A stretch of 64,000 nt of DNA from an uncultured Gammaproteobacteria bacterium (GCA_947258785.1 CAMYJT010000014.1:6546-70545), one strand, 5' to 3'; positions 8,165 to 17,564 are shown, counted from the stretch's first letter. Translations and numbers: made by a program. Notes: generated by a model not told the origin, from the sequence alone.

Positions 8165-11100
8165 GTGCCCTGGATGAAAGCCCTGATACGCTTTTTTGCT
8201 GAGCGGCACACGCTCGCCTACGTCATTACCTTCCTCATCGTGTTTCTCGGCTTGAGCGCGCTGACCGTCATACAGCGCGACAATTTTCCGAGTGTGGATC
8301 TTCTCGAGATGACCGTCACGACCCGATATCCGGGGGCGTCGCCGGAAGACGTCGAGCTCAATGTGACCAACAAGATCGAGGAGGAGCTCAAGGAAGTGGA
8401 CGGCATCGACAAGTACACCTCCTTCTCGATGGAGAATATTTCCGTCATCCACATCTGGCTCGATCGGGAGGCGCGTGACACCGGGAAGGTCAAGACCGAT
8501 GTGCGCGACGCCGTGTCCCGGGCCTCCGGGCTGCCCGTCGAGGTGGATGAGGCACCTCTCATAGAAGAGATCACCACTTCAACGGCGATTCCGATCATCG
8601 AAGTTGGACTTACCGGCGATGTCCCCTACGCTCAGCTGCGCAATCTGGCCAAGCGCGCCGAGAAAGAACTGCTCGCGGTGCCGGGGGTGGGCAGCGTCAC
8701 CAAGTACGGCTACCTGGATCGTGAGATTAAAGTGGAGGTTGCACAGGACGCCATCGAAAAATATCAGATTCCCGAACACGAGATCGTTCAGGCCATCCAG
8801 AACCGCAACGTCCGTGCGACTGGGGGGTCTTTCGAGTCCTACACCAGCGAGAAAAACATCGTCACACTGGCCGAATTCACCGATCCCATGGAAGCCGCGG
8901 AGGTTATCGTCCGGGTCAGCGCAGGCGGTTCCACCATCCGGGTGAAGGATCTCGCGGTTCTGCGGGACGATTTCGAGCCCGCCAAGGTGTTGTCGCGCAT
9001 GAACGGCACCACGGCGATCTCGTTTCTGGTGTTCAAGAAGGAGTCCGCCGACATCATCCGCACCGTCGACGCGATCAAGGATTTAGTGGAAAAGAACAAG
9101 CACCGGCTGCCCCGGGGCGTGAGCATCGAGTACTCGAACGACAAGTCGCGGCTGGTTCGCAATCGGTTGAAGGTGGTGATGTCCAACGGCCTGTTTGGCC
9201 TCGCCCTGGTCATGTTGATGCTCACCCTGTTTCTGGATCTGCGCTCGGCATTCTGGGTGGCCTTGAGCATTCCGGTGGTGCTGCTAGGTACGCTGTTCAT
9301 GCTGCCGATATTCGGTGCGTATCTGGATTCCATCGCGTTGGGCGCGATGATCCTGGTTATCGGCATCATCGTCGACGACGGCATCGTTGTCGCTGAAAAC
9401 ATCTGGCGATATAGGGAGATGGGCGTGGTACCGCTGGAGGCCGCCGTAGACGGCACCCACACGGTGTTCCAGCCGGTGCTGACTACGATAGTCACCACGG
9501 CGCTGGCGTTCATACCGATGTTTTTCATGATCGGGACGCTGGGGGACTTTATTTTCGTAATTCCGCTGGTGGTGGTGATTGCACTGGTGCTGTCGCTGTC
9601 GGACACCCTGTTCGTCATGCCCGCCCATCTGATCACGGGGGTCAAGGCGGAGGCGGATCCGGCAAGCGTGAAGACGGGCGAGTGGTTCGTTCGGTTTCGA
9701 GAGCGCTTCGGGCGCGCCCTGGAGCTGATGTTGCGTCATCGCTACACAGTGGTAGCGGTGTTCGTATTGCTGATGGTCGGCGCGTTCTGGTACGCGGGCA
9801 GATACATGGACTTTATTCTGTTCCCGACCCAGTCCGCCGACGAGTTCTACATTCTCGCGGAGTTGCCGAGCGGCTCTTCGCTGGAGCACACGGCGGAAAA
9901 AATGGCAGAGGTGGAGAAGATCATTGCGACCCTGTCCGATCAGGAACTGGATTCCTACATCACCCGCGTTGGCACCCACGGTCAATTCAATCTCGGTGAG
10001 AACGAAAACTGGGCCCTGGTGGGCGTTTACCTGACCCCGTTCGCCGAGCGTGAGCGGAACGCCGACGAAATCGTCGAAGTGATGCGGAAACAGACCGACG
10101 GCTTGCCGACGTTCACGAAATTTACCTACATCATCGAAAGCGGCGGTCCGCCGGTGGGGCGGCCGATCACCCTGCGCGTTGTGGGCAGCAATGACGAACG
10201 GCGGCGTGCCCTGGCCGGTGTGGTTGTCACCCGCTTGAGCGAAATCGACGGCGTCAAGGACGTCGAGCGCGACGACAAGCCAGGCAAGCAGCAGATCAAG
10301 GTCGATCTGGATTACATCCGGCTTGCCGAGCAGGAATTGAGCGTGGCCGATGTGGCGAAAAACATCCGCTTGGCGTACGACGGAGAAATCGTCACCTCGG
10401 TGCGCTACGGCGACGAGGACATCGACTTCCGGGTCATCCTCGAGGAGAAGGCCCGCGGTTCCGCCGAGGTGCTGGGCAATCTGATCGTGCCCAACCGCGG
10501 CGGCCGGTTTGTCACGCTGCAGGAGGTGGCCGACTTCCACGTGGATGCCGGCCCATCGAATTTCTATCACTTTGACAACGAGCGGACGATTACCGTCACC
10601 GCGGATGTCGCAAAGGGCAAGACGACGCCGTTGCTGGCCACGCAGGCGGTGCTGGACGCCATCGACCTGGACCGGGATTGGCCGGGCATGCGCATCGTAG
10701 TGGGTGGCGAGACCGAGGAGACCCAACGGTCGATGGGCAGCCTGCTGGTGGCGTTTGCCGCCGCCGCGGTGGGGATCTATCTGGTCCTGTTGCTGCTCTT
10801 CAGCTCCACGGTGCAACCCTTGGTGGTGATGTTCGCGGTGCCCTTCGGACTGATCGGCGTGATCTTCGCGTTCGCGCTGCACCAGCAGTCGTTGGGTTTC
10901 CTGGCCATGCTCGGGGTCATCGGTTTGACGGGGATCGTCGTCAACGACTCGCTGCTGCTGGTCAATCTCGCCAATAATCTGCGCCCGGACAATCAGGTCG
11001 AGCCCACCAGCCGCGTCATTGTGGAGGCGACCAAGCATCGCCTACGCCCCATTCTGCTGACCTCGGTGACTACCGTGGCCGGGCTGCTGCCCATGGCGTA

Positions 11101-11281
11101 CGGCTTGGGCGGTTCCGATCCGTTTTCGGCTCCTATGGCGCTGGCCATGGGCTACGGAATACTGTTCGCCACCCCGCTGACTCTGATTCTCCTGCCCTGC
11201 CTGCTGCGGATACATGGAGACCTGGCCGGATTATACGCCGGGTTGGCCAGGCGCTTGTTCGACCGCCGGGCCGCCACATGA
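8165..11281 (+). CDS. RND efflux permease (AcrB/CzcA superfamily), 1038 aa
   Basis: Size, duplicated 6-TM plus large-loop architecture, and motifs such as GIIVDDGIVVAENI and GIVVNDSLLLV. GTG 8165 or ATG 8174 as start. Confidence 0.9.
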   Translation: MPWMKALIRFFAERHTLAYVITFLIVFLGLSALTVIQRDNFPSVDLLEMTVTTRYPGASPEDVELNVTNKIEEELKEVDGIDKYTSFSMENISVIHIWLDREARDTGKVKTDVRDAVSRASGLPVEVDEAPLIEEITTSTAIPIIEVGLTGDVPYAQLRNLAKRAEKELLAVPGVGSVTKYGYLDREIKVEVAQDAIEKYQIPEHEIVQAIQNRNVRATGGSFESYTSEKNIVTLAEFTDPMEAAEVIVRVSAGGSTIRVKDLAVLRDDFEPAKVLSRMNGTTAISFLVFKKESADIIRTVDAIKDLVEKNKHRLPRGVSIEYSNDKSRLVRNRLKVVMSNGLFGLALVMLMLTLFLDLRSAFWVALSIPVVLLGTLFMLPIFGAYLDSIALGAMILVIGIIVDDGIVVAENIWRYREMGVVPLEAAVDGTHTVFQPVLTTIVTTALAFIPMFFMIGTLGDFIFVIPLVVVIALVLSLSDTLFVMPAHLITGVKAEADPASVKTGEWFVRFRERFGRALELMLRHRYTVVAVFVLLMVGAFWYAGRYMDFILFPTQSADEFYILAELPSGSSLEHTAEKMAEVEKIIATLSDQELDSYITRVGTHGQFNLGENENWALVGVYLTPFAERERNADEIVEVMRKQTDGLPTFTKFTYIIESGGPPVGRPITLRVVGSNDERRRALAGVVVTRLSEIDGVKDVERDDKPGKQQIKVDLDYIRLAEQELSVADVAKNIRLAYDGEIVTSVRYGDEDIDFRVILEEKARGSAEVLGNLIVPNRGGRFVTLQEVADFHVDAGPSNFYHFDNERTITVTADVAKGKTTPLLATQAVLDAIDLDRDWPGMRIVVGGETEETQRSMGSLLVAFAAAAVGIYLVLLLLFSSTVQPLVVMFAVPFGLIGVIFAFALHQQSLGFLAMLGVIGLTGIVVNDSLLLVNLANNLRPDNQVEPTSRVIVEATKHRLRPILLTSVTTVAGLLPMAYGLGGSDPFSAPMALAMGYGILFATPLTLILLPCLLRIHGDLAGLYAGLARRLFDRRAAT

Positions 11282-11371
11282 CCGAGTTCGGCCCTGAGTT
11301 GCTGCTTGATGGCCGACCAATTCGTACTATCTTTTCTTCAATAAACGTCTCGAGCAATTGATATTCCCTAG

Positions 11372-12140
11372 GACCTCGAGGAAGTCGTCTACGTCAATGC
11401 CGAGGACGTTGCCGCTGGTGGCGTACAGATGGGACGGGCGCGGTACGCGTTATTGATCCGCGACAGTTCCGATCTGTACCGTCTGGTCGTTCCTGCGGGG
11501 GACGATCAGTCTGTCGAGCACAAATTACCGTTGTCGGCATGTCGAGTTGCCTGGATCGACAACGGTCAAGGCAGCACCGTGGTACCGGGTATGGTCCGGC
11601 TCCACCCTGACGGACGCAGTCACTACGCGTTCAAACTGTCCACCTGGTTCGGCGCCGGGCGGGAGCCGGGCGCGTGTCCACAGCCAGGGCCGGCGCAGGC
11701 GGGTCTGGATCATGACCGCCCGCCGTGATCGTCGAGGTCAATGGTGGGTTCTGAACGCGGACGCCGGCATGACACGTGCGGAGGTGATGGTCTTCGATGA
11801 GGACTTCAGCCGTCCAAGGCGCGTGGACGTGGGGGACCGGGCCGATCCCCTGTCATTGCTGGTGCGCCAGGAGGATGTGCTCATTACCGACACGCGCGGC
11901 AGCGCGATTCTTCGAGTCAGCCTGGACGGCGAGCGGCTCGGGCGCTTCGGCGATGCGCGATTTCAGGCCTGGATCGAGACGCAACGAGCGCGCCAGCGGC
12001 GCCTGGAGTGGTTAAGGATCGGCAGTATCACCGGTCTTCTCGCGTTGTTGGCAGCGGGCTTGCTGGCACTCGGCGTCTGGCGTAAACGGCGGCTCGGGGA
12101 GATAGTTGCCGCGGATCCGGCATTTGAGGCTGACGCTTAG
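11372..12140 (+). pseudogene. degenerate two-frame ORF pair (hypothetical; C-terminal TM anchor)
   Basis: The frame open from 11372 (ORF 11429..11728) overlaps ORF 11547..12140. The latter is plausible only from ATG 11712 onward (MTARRDRRGQWWVLN...TM helix). No family recognised. Confidence 0.25.
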
Positions 12141-12270
12141 CCCGCTTCTCGTCTCGATCTGGGGCCGCGGTTGTTCGCGCCGGTCCCGCGCCACCCGGTC
12201 GCCGTCAAATATTGTATATTTCGCTGATGTGTCAGGAATCGGCCACACCTTGTCGTAACCCTTCGTCCTG

Positions 12271-13522
12271 ATGGCCATCGTGGATACCTCGCGCCGGCGG
12301 TTTTTAAAGGCAACGGGTTTGGCGCTGGCGCCCGGGCTGGCCTGGTCGCGCGTGATCGCCCGCCCGGAGTCCTCGACCCACATCCACCTCGAGCCGACGA
12401 CCGGCACGGCGTACCTCCTGGGTGCACCGTATCCGTTGACACCGGTGTGGTGCTACAACGGGCGCATCCCCGGTCCGGTGATTCGGGTGCCCCAGCACTC
12501 GCGGTTGAGGATAGTGGTCGACAATCGACTCGATCAGGACACCACTGTGCACTGGCACGGCATTCGTCTGCCCAATGGGATGGACGGCGTGCCGGGTTTG
12601 ACGCAGGCGCCGATACCGCCGGGCGGGTCATTTGTTTACGAGTTTGAGGTGCCCGATGCCGGCACGTTCTGGTATCACCCGCACTTCAACAGCTCCGAAC
12701 AGGTCGGCCGAGGTTTGTCAGGCGCCCTGATCGTGGAGGAGGTAGATCCCATTGCCGTGGACCGCGAACTGCTCTGGGTGCTGGACGATTGGCGGCTGGA
12801 CGGCGCGGATCTGGTCCGGGAAGACTTTGGGCAGATGCGTGACAAGAGCCATTCGGGCCGGCTCGGCAACACGGTCACCGTGAACGGCCGATTAACGCCC
12901 GAACTCGCCGTCCGCAGCGGCGAACGGGTCCGTTTGAGACTGATCAATACCGCCAATGCCCGGGCGTTTGCGCTCGACTTCGCCCCCCACCGCCCGATTG
13001 TTGTCGCCATCGATGGGCAACCCGTCACCCCGCACGAACCCCCCGACGGATTGGTGGTGTTGGGGGCGGCCATGCGGGCGGATCTGATCTTGGATTTGAT
13101 GCAGTCACCGGGAACGGAAGTCGTAGTGACGGATCGCTTCTACCGCAAACCGTACCCGCTGGCCCGCTTGGTTTATACACACGCGCCGGCGTTGCGCGAC
13201 CGGCCGCGGACCAGTGAGGTCCGGGACCATGACCGACACCAAACCGCTGTTGACCGTCAATCGCGGCGAGAGTGTTGTGCTGCGGCTGCGCAACAAGACT
13301 GCCTTTGCACACCCGATCCATTTACACGGTCACTCGTTCCGGGTCGTCGCGCGCGATGGTGAACGAACGGCACATAGACCGTGGCAGGACACGGTCCTGG
13401 TCGAGCGCGATGAAACCGTCGACATCGCGTTCGTTGCCGACAATCCCGGCGACTGGATGTTCCACTGTCACGTCCTGGAACACCAAGCGAGTGGCATGAC
13501 CGGCTTCGTACGCGTCACATAG
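12271..13522 (+). pseudogene. Tat-exported multicopper oxidase, reading frame disrupted near 13200
   Basis: The twin-arginine signal SRRRFLKATGLALAP and the copper motifs HWHGIRLP and WYHPH lie in the frame of 12271. The C-terminal motifs HPIHLHGHSF and HCHVLEHQASGM lie in the frame of ORF 13214..13522. The linking segment appears shortened. Confidence 0.7.
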
Positions 13523-13564
13523 ATTATGACGACAGACAGGGGTCGGAGTGCAAAACGCCCACCC

Positions 13565-13581
13565 CATTCCCGTCGGGAATG
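13565..13581. terminator. perfect 17-bp palindrome/hairpin between convergent genes
   Basis: CATTCCCGTCGGGAATG: 8-bp arms around a single central base. No T-run follows. Confidence 0.3.
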
Positions 13582-13602
13582 TCTCAGTGCCGTGCGCCCT
13601 CG

Positions 13603-13670
13603 CCAAAGGATTCAATCCGTGTCCGGTGCGACACCGTGTGCCGGGATCCTTGGTGCAATATGCGGGCTAA
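13603..13670 (+). repeat. dispersed-motif copy A (conserved arm 13648-13670 plus degenerate inverted arm)
   Basis: CCTTGGTGCAATATGCGGGCTAA at 13648-13670. CCAAAGGAT at 13603 pairs with ATCCTTGG at 13646-13653 (one-base bulge) around an inner GGTGCGACACC hairpin. The terminal CTA is the terB stop codon on the minus strand. Confidence 0.65.
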
Positions 13671-14125
13671 TCAACGCGCTGGTGTCGCCGCGCCCGCGCT
13701 TTAGCGGCAATTAGTTGCTTGTGGGGGATGTAGAGCAGCGCGCCGATTTTTCTCATCAAATGCAGTTCGTGGGCGTCGAGATGGTTGTCGGCGTAGGCCA
13801 CCCGCCACATGAACTCAACCAGCCGGGTCCGTTGTTCCAGCGGCCAGTGCTGGTTGATCAATGACGTGAAGCTGTGCAGACTGGTGGCCTGCTCGACCTG
13901 CTGTTCGGCCAGGCGGGTCAAAGTGTCGGTCTCCTGGTCGGTGAGGCCGAATTGGGCGCGGACCAGGTCGCGAATCTTTTCGCGTTCCGCATCGCCGACC
14001 GAGAAGTCGGCCCGGCTGACCTCGAACAGCAGCGCGGCGGCGGTCAGCTGCAGCTCGTGGGCCGACGGCTGACCGTCTTCGGCCGCCAGCCTGGTGTCAA
14101 AATATTTTTTTATGGCCTCGATCAT
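13667..14125 (-). CDS. TerB-family (tellurite-resistance-like) protein
   Basis: 152 aa. The two-helix-repeat pattern with LLFEVSRADFSVGDAEREKI and MWRVAYADNHLDAHELHLMRKI is typical of TerB-domain proteins. Confidence 0.7.
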   Translation of the reverse strand: MIEAIKKYFDTRLAAEDGQPSAHELQLTAAALLFEVSRADFSVGDAEREKIRDLVRAQFGLTDQETDTLTRLAEQQVEQATSLHSFTSLINQHWPLEQRTRLVEFMWRVAYADNHLDAHELHLMRKIGALLYIPHKQLIAAKARARRHQRVD

Positions 14126-14230
14126 ACGACAGCGCTTGATTCCCCACTCATCATACCGGCCTCGAATGCGGGTGAATATGGCGCCGCCGACGGTGGGTGG
14201 GCCACTGTGCGCGGCCAGGCCGTGGCCGCA

Positions 14231-14803
14231 TCATCCGAGCCGGAAGACTTCCCGGTAGCGGAAGCAATCGGTGGTGTGGTCGTTGACCAGCCCGACCGCC
14301 TGCATGAACGCATAGCAGATTACTGACCCCGCGAATTTGAATCCCCGCCGCTTGAGGTCTTTGCTCAAGGCGTCGGAGAGCGACGTGGCCGCCGGGACCT
14401 GTGCCGGCCGCCGCCATTGGTTTTGAATCGGTCGGCCATCGACTAGGCGCCACAGGTAGGCATCGAAAGAGCCGAATTCGGCCTGCACCTCGACAAAGTG
14501 TTGCGCGTTGGTGATGGCGGTCTCGATCTTGAGGCGGTTGCGCACGATGCCTGGGTCGTTGAGCAGCGCCGCGACTCTGGCTCGGCTGTAGCGGGCGACC
14601 CGGCCCGGCACAAAATTGTCGAACACCTGCCGGTAGCGCTGCCGTTTGCGCAGGATCGTGATCCAGCTCAGCCCCGCCTGGGCCCCTTCGAGGACCAGGA
14701 ACTCGAAGAGCGTGCGGTCGTCGTGGACCGGTACGCCCCATTCGTCGTCGTGATACGCGAGGTACTCAGGCTGATCGCCGACCCAGGCGCAGCGGGCGCT
14801 CAT
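14231..14803 (-). CDS. tag: DNA-3-methyladenine glycosylase I
   Basis: RCAWVGDQPEYLAYHDDEWGVPVHDDRTLFEFLVLEGAQAGLSWITIL is a close Tag signature. Start trimmed to Met at 14803 to avoid overlap with aguB. Confidence 0.85.
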   Translation of the reverse strand: MSARCAWVGDQPEYLAYHDDEWGVPVHDDRTLFEFLVLEGAQAGLSWITILRKRQRYRQVFDNFVPGRVARYSRARVAALLNDPGIVRNRLKIETAITNAQHFVEVQAEFGSFDAYLWRLVDGRPIQNQWRRPAQVPAATSLSDALSKDLKRRGFKFAGSVICYAFMQAVGLVNDHTTDCFRYREVFRLG

Positions 14804-14900
14804 GCGCGGACCGATGCGCGGCAGTCGACGGCGGCGGGTCGGCCGGTCATCTTGCTCGGCGTATTCTCCGGTGACGATCGTCTCGGTGTTGGCATGCGGG

Positions 14901-15818
14901 TCAATCTTCCGGTGGTACCGTGGCGGGCGCCCCATAGCGCCGGTCCAGGCCCGCGTAGGCGTCGATCCGCCGATCGCGCAGGAACGGCCAGACGCGCCGG
15001 ACCTGCTCGGTGCGCGGGCGGTCGATCTCGACCATCCCTAGGGTCGGTGCGTCGCCGGCGCGCCACAGGATCTCGCCCTGAGGCCCGCAGCCGAAGCTCG
15101 ACCCCCAGAACTGAATCGTCCGGGCGACGCCATCCGCGGACGCGGGTTCGGTGCCCACCCGGTTGGCGCACACCACCGGCACGCCGTTGGCGATGGCGTG
15201 GCCGCGTTGAATGGTGATCCAACTGTCGAGTTGCCGTTGCCGCTCCGGGAGGTCGTCGGCGGTGTCCCAGCCAATGGCGCTCGGGAACAACAGGATCTCT
15301 GCGCCGGCCAAGGTCATCAAGCGCGCCGCCTCGGGATACCACTGGTCCCAGCACACCATCACGCCGATGCGCCCGAGCGAGGTGTCGATGGGTACAAAGC
15401 CCTGGTCGCCGGGGACAAAATAAAACTTTTCGTAGTAGCCGGGGTCGTCCGGGATGTGCATCTTGCGGTAGGTCCCGGACAAGGCCCCGTCGCGGTCCAG
15501 TATCACCGCGGTGTTGTGGTGCAGCCCCGGCGCCCGGCGCTCGAACACCGAGCCGACCACGGTGACGCGGCAACGGCGAGCCTCCGCGGCCAGCGCCTCG
15601 GTGGTGGGGCCGGGGACTGGTTCGGCCAGATCGAAGTGCGCGGGGTCCTCGGTCTGGCAAAAATACCGGTGCCCGTGCAGTTCCGGCAACACGACCAAAC
15701 GGGCGCCGCGCTCCGCGGCCTTGCGAATGCCGGCCGTTGCTAATTCCAGGTTTTCGGCTGGGCGTTCGTGGCAGGGGTGTTGCACGACACCGATCACCAG
15801 GGTTTCGGGCCCCGTCAT
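14901..15818 (-). CDS. aguB: N-carbamoylputrescine amidase (nitrilase superfamily)
   Basis: E-K-C catalytic context: VVLPELH, YRKMHIP, VMVCWDQWYPEAAR. Adjacent to the agmatine deiminase gene. Confidence 0.8.
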   Translation of the reverse strand: MTGPETLVIGVVQHPCHERPAENLELATAGIRKAAERGARLVVLPELHGHRYFCQTEDPAHFDLAEPVPGPTTEALAAEARRCRVTVVGSVFERRAPGLHHNTAVILDRDGALSGTYRKMHIPDDPGYYEKFYFVPGDQGFVPIDTSLGRIGVMVCWDQWYPEAARLMTLAGAEILLFPSAIGWDTADDLPERQRQLDSWITIQRGHAIANGVPVVCANRVGTEPASADGVARTIQFWGSSFGCGPQGEILWRAGDAPTLGMVEIDRPRTEQVRRVWPFLRDRRIDAYAGLDRRYGAPATVPPED

Positions 15819-15851
15819 CGTGTTAAGCCACCTTGTGTTGTCCTGTGCATC

Positions 15852-16937
15852 TCAGTCGCTTGCGTCCATCGTTTGCCAACGCGGCCCAGCCAGGGGAATC
15901 CCGGCGGCGACCTGCATGGAGGCACAGTGAATACTGCCGCGTTCCTGGATGAGGGGCAATGCGTCGAGGGTCAGCACCTCGCGGTCCGGGAAGCACGCGC
16001 CCAGGGCGGTGCGGGCGGTTTGGTCCATCGGGTCCCCGTAGCCGGGCACGACGACCGCGCCGTTGACGATGAGGAAGTTGGCGTAACTGGCCGGCAGCCG
16101 TTCGCCAATCGGGCTGCGGATCGGCCGCGGCAGGGGCAGCGGCACCAGCCGGTAAGGCTGGCCGTCGGGCCGGCGAAACCCGCGCAGCTGTGCCGCCATG
16201 GCCCGCAGCGGTTCATAGTGTTCGTCCCGCGGGTGCAGCGCCGTCGCATAGGCGATGGTGGCGGGGTCGCAGAAGCGCGCCAGCGTGTCGACATGCCCAT
16301 CGGTGTCGTCGCCGGTGAGGCCCCCGCCATCCAGCCACAGGATGCGCTCGATTCCCAACGGCCGGCCCACGCGCTGTTCGACCCGGTGCCGGTCGGCGCG
16401 GCCGTTGCGGTTGTCGGCAAGCAGACAGGAGGCCGTGGTCAGCAAGGTGCCGCGGCCGTCGGTGTCGATGCTCCCGGCTTCCAGTACCCAATCGTCGACA
16501 CTGCGCATCGGTGTGCCGCCGAACACGCCGAGGCCGTGCAGGCGTTCGGCAACCCGACGGTCCTGGCCCGCTTCGTAGCGCTCGCCCCAACCGTTGAACG
16601 CGAAGTTGATCAGCTGCGGCACACCCTGATGCTCGATGCTGAGCGGTCCGTAGTCGCGAATCCACGTGTCGTTGTAGGTCAGCGTGACGATCGACACCGG
16701 TGCGGATGCGGCGGCCTGCCCGGCGAGCCGTGCCCGGACCCGATCGCGGTGCGTACGGTCGCGGCATACGATCACAACCGGCTCGTGGCGCGCGATGGCG
16801 GTGGTTAACTCGGTATACACACGTTCTATCGCATCGAGGATCGGGCCCCAGTCGCTGTCGGGGTGCGGCCAGGCGAGCAGGACACCGGCCTGGGATTCCC
16901 ACTCGGCGATCAGCCGTCGGTTGGCGCGTGCCGACAT
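15852..16937 (-). CDS. aguA: agmatine deiminase
   Basis: Peptidyl-arginine-deiminase-like family. WPHPDSDW, DTWIRDYGP, TDGHVD and the C-terminal catalytic GSIHCASMQ. Confidence 0.8.
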   Translation of the reverse strand: MSARANRRLIAEWESQAGVLLAWPHPDSDWGPILDAIERVYTELTTAIARHEPVVIVCRDRTHRDRVRARLAGQAAASAPVSIVTLTYNDTWIRDYGPLSIEHQGVPQLINFAFNGWGERYEAGQDRRVAERLHGLGVFGGTPMRSVDDWVLEAGSIDTDGRGTLLTTASCLLADNRNGRADRHRVEQRVGRPLGIERILWLDGGGLTGDDTDGHVDTLARFCDPATIAYATALHPRDEHYEPLRAMAAQLRGFRRPDGQPYRLVPLPLPRPIRSPIGERLPASYANFLIVNGAVVVPGYGDPMDQTARTALGACFPDREVLTLDALPLIQERGSIHCASMQVAAGIPLAGPRWQTMDASD

Positions 16938-16955
16938 CGGGTCGACGGCGACCGC

Positions 16956-17501
16956 TCAGTGGGCGTCCAGCTTGGCCAGTTCATCCAGGATGGACAGCAT
17001 GAGCGACCGGCTGCGGGCAGTCATGCCTTCGGTCAACCGTTCGGCGTTGCGTTCGCCCTGGGTGAGCTGCCGGAAACGCCCGGAGATCTGGGCCATTTCG
17101 CCGCCCACGGCGGTCATCTGTTCGCCGATGTCCGCCAGCGTCCGCAGGGCCTCTACGTTGCCGCGGCCGGCCATGGCGATGAAGCCAGCCAGTCCCGGCG
17201 CTGCGAACGAGGCGTCTGGCTGGGCATCGATGTTGGGGAGTGTGGCGGGATTCTGCAGGCCCTCGAGCACCCCCGAGATGATGGCGCGGTCTTCGTCGTC
17301 GAGGCCGGCGAGTATGCTGGTGCCGCGGCGGCCGTTCAGGATCAGGCGCACCGATTTGACTACGTCCGTCCAACCGTTCGCCTCGGCGGCGGCCAGCGTC
17401 TGGTCGAGTTCGGCGCGGTCTCCCGGCTGTCGGACCGCCCTCACCACGGCGTGGATGAATCGGGCATGCACCTGTCTGATCTGTTCAATCTTGTCTTTCA
17501 C
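16956..17501 (-). CDS. hypothetical protein, first gene of the aguA-aguB transcription unit
   Basis: 181-aa ORF with coding-like composition, 18 nt upstream of aguA. No family recognised. Confidence 0.5.
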   Translation of the reverse strand: MKDKIEQIRQVHARFIHAVVRAVRQPGDRAELDQTLAAAEANGWTDVVKSVRLILNGRRGTSILAGLDDEDRAIISGVLEGLQNPATLPNIDAQPDASFAAPGLAGFIAMAGRGNVEALRTLADIGEQMTAVGGEMAQISGRFRQLTQGERNAERLTEGMTARSRSLMLSILDELAKLDAH

Positions 17502-17535
17502 GGCATGAAGTATTTGTAAAATTTTGGCAACCTGG

Positions 17536-17564
17536 CTTGAAGTCGTATGACTTTATACACATAT
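17536..17564 (+). promoter_or_regulatory. sigma-32-like heat-shock promoter candidate for htpX
   Basis: CTTGAA (17536-17541), then 15 nt, then ACACATAT (17557-17564), versus the recalled consensus CTTGAA-N13-17-CCCCATNT. Lies 33 nt upstream of the htpX ATG. Confidence 0.35.

Noticed and set aside
9284-11038. 584-aa minus-strand ORF
   Set aside because: It is antisense to the RND permease. The composition is biased (R/D/H/Q) and no domain is recognisable.
12138-12145. TAGCCCGC at a stop codon, resembling the head of the dispersed motif; a similar TAGCCCGCA occurs at 56550-56558
   Set aside because: Only 8-9 nt match and the GCATATTGCACC core is absent. Matches this short are expected by chance in GC-rich DNA.
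17525-17541. TGGCAA-N5-CTTGAA considered as a sigma-54 promoter; a similar TGGCACGGGGG occurs near 612
   Set aside because: The GG/GC spacing and the -12 element do not fit TGGCAC-N5-TTGC. The CTTGAA is better explained as a sigma-32/-35-type element.
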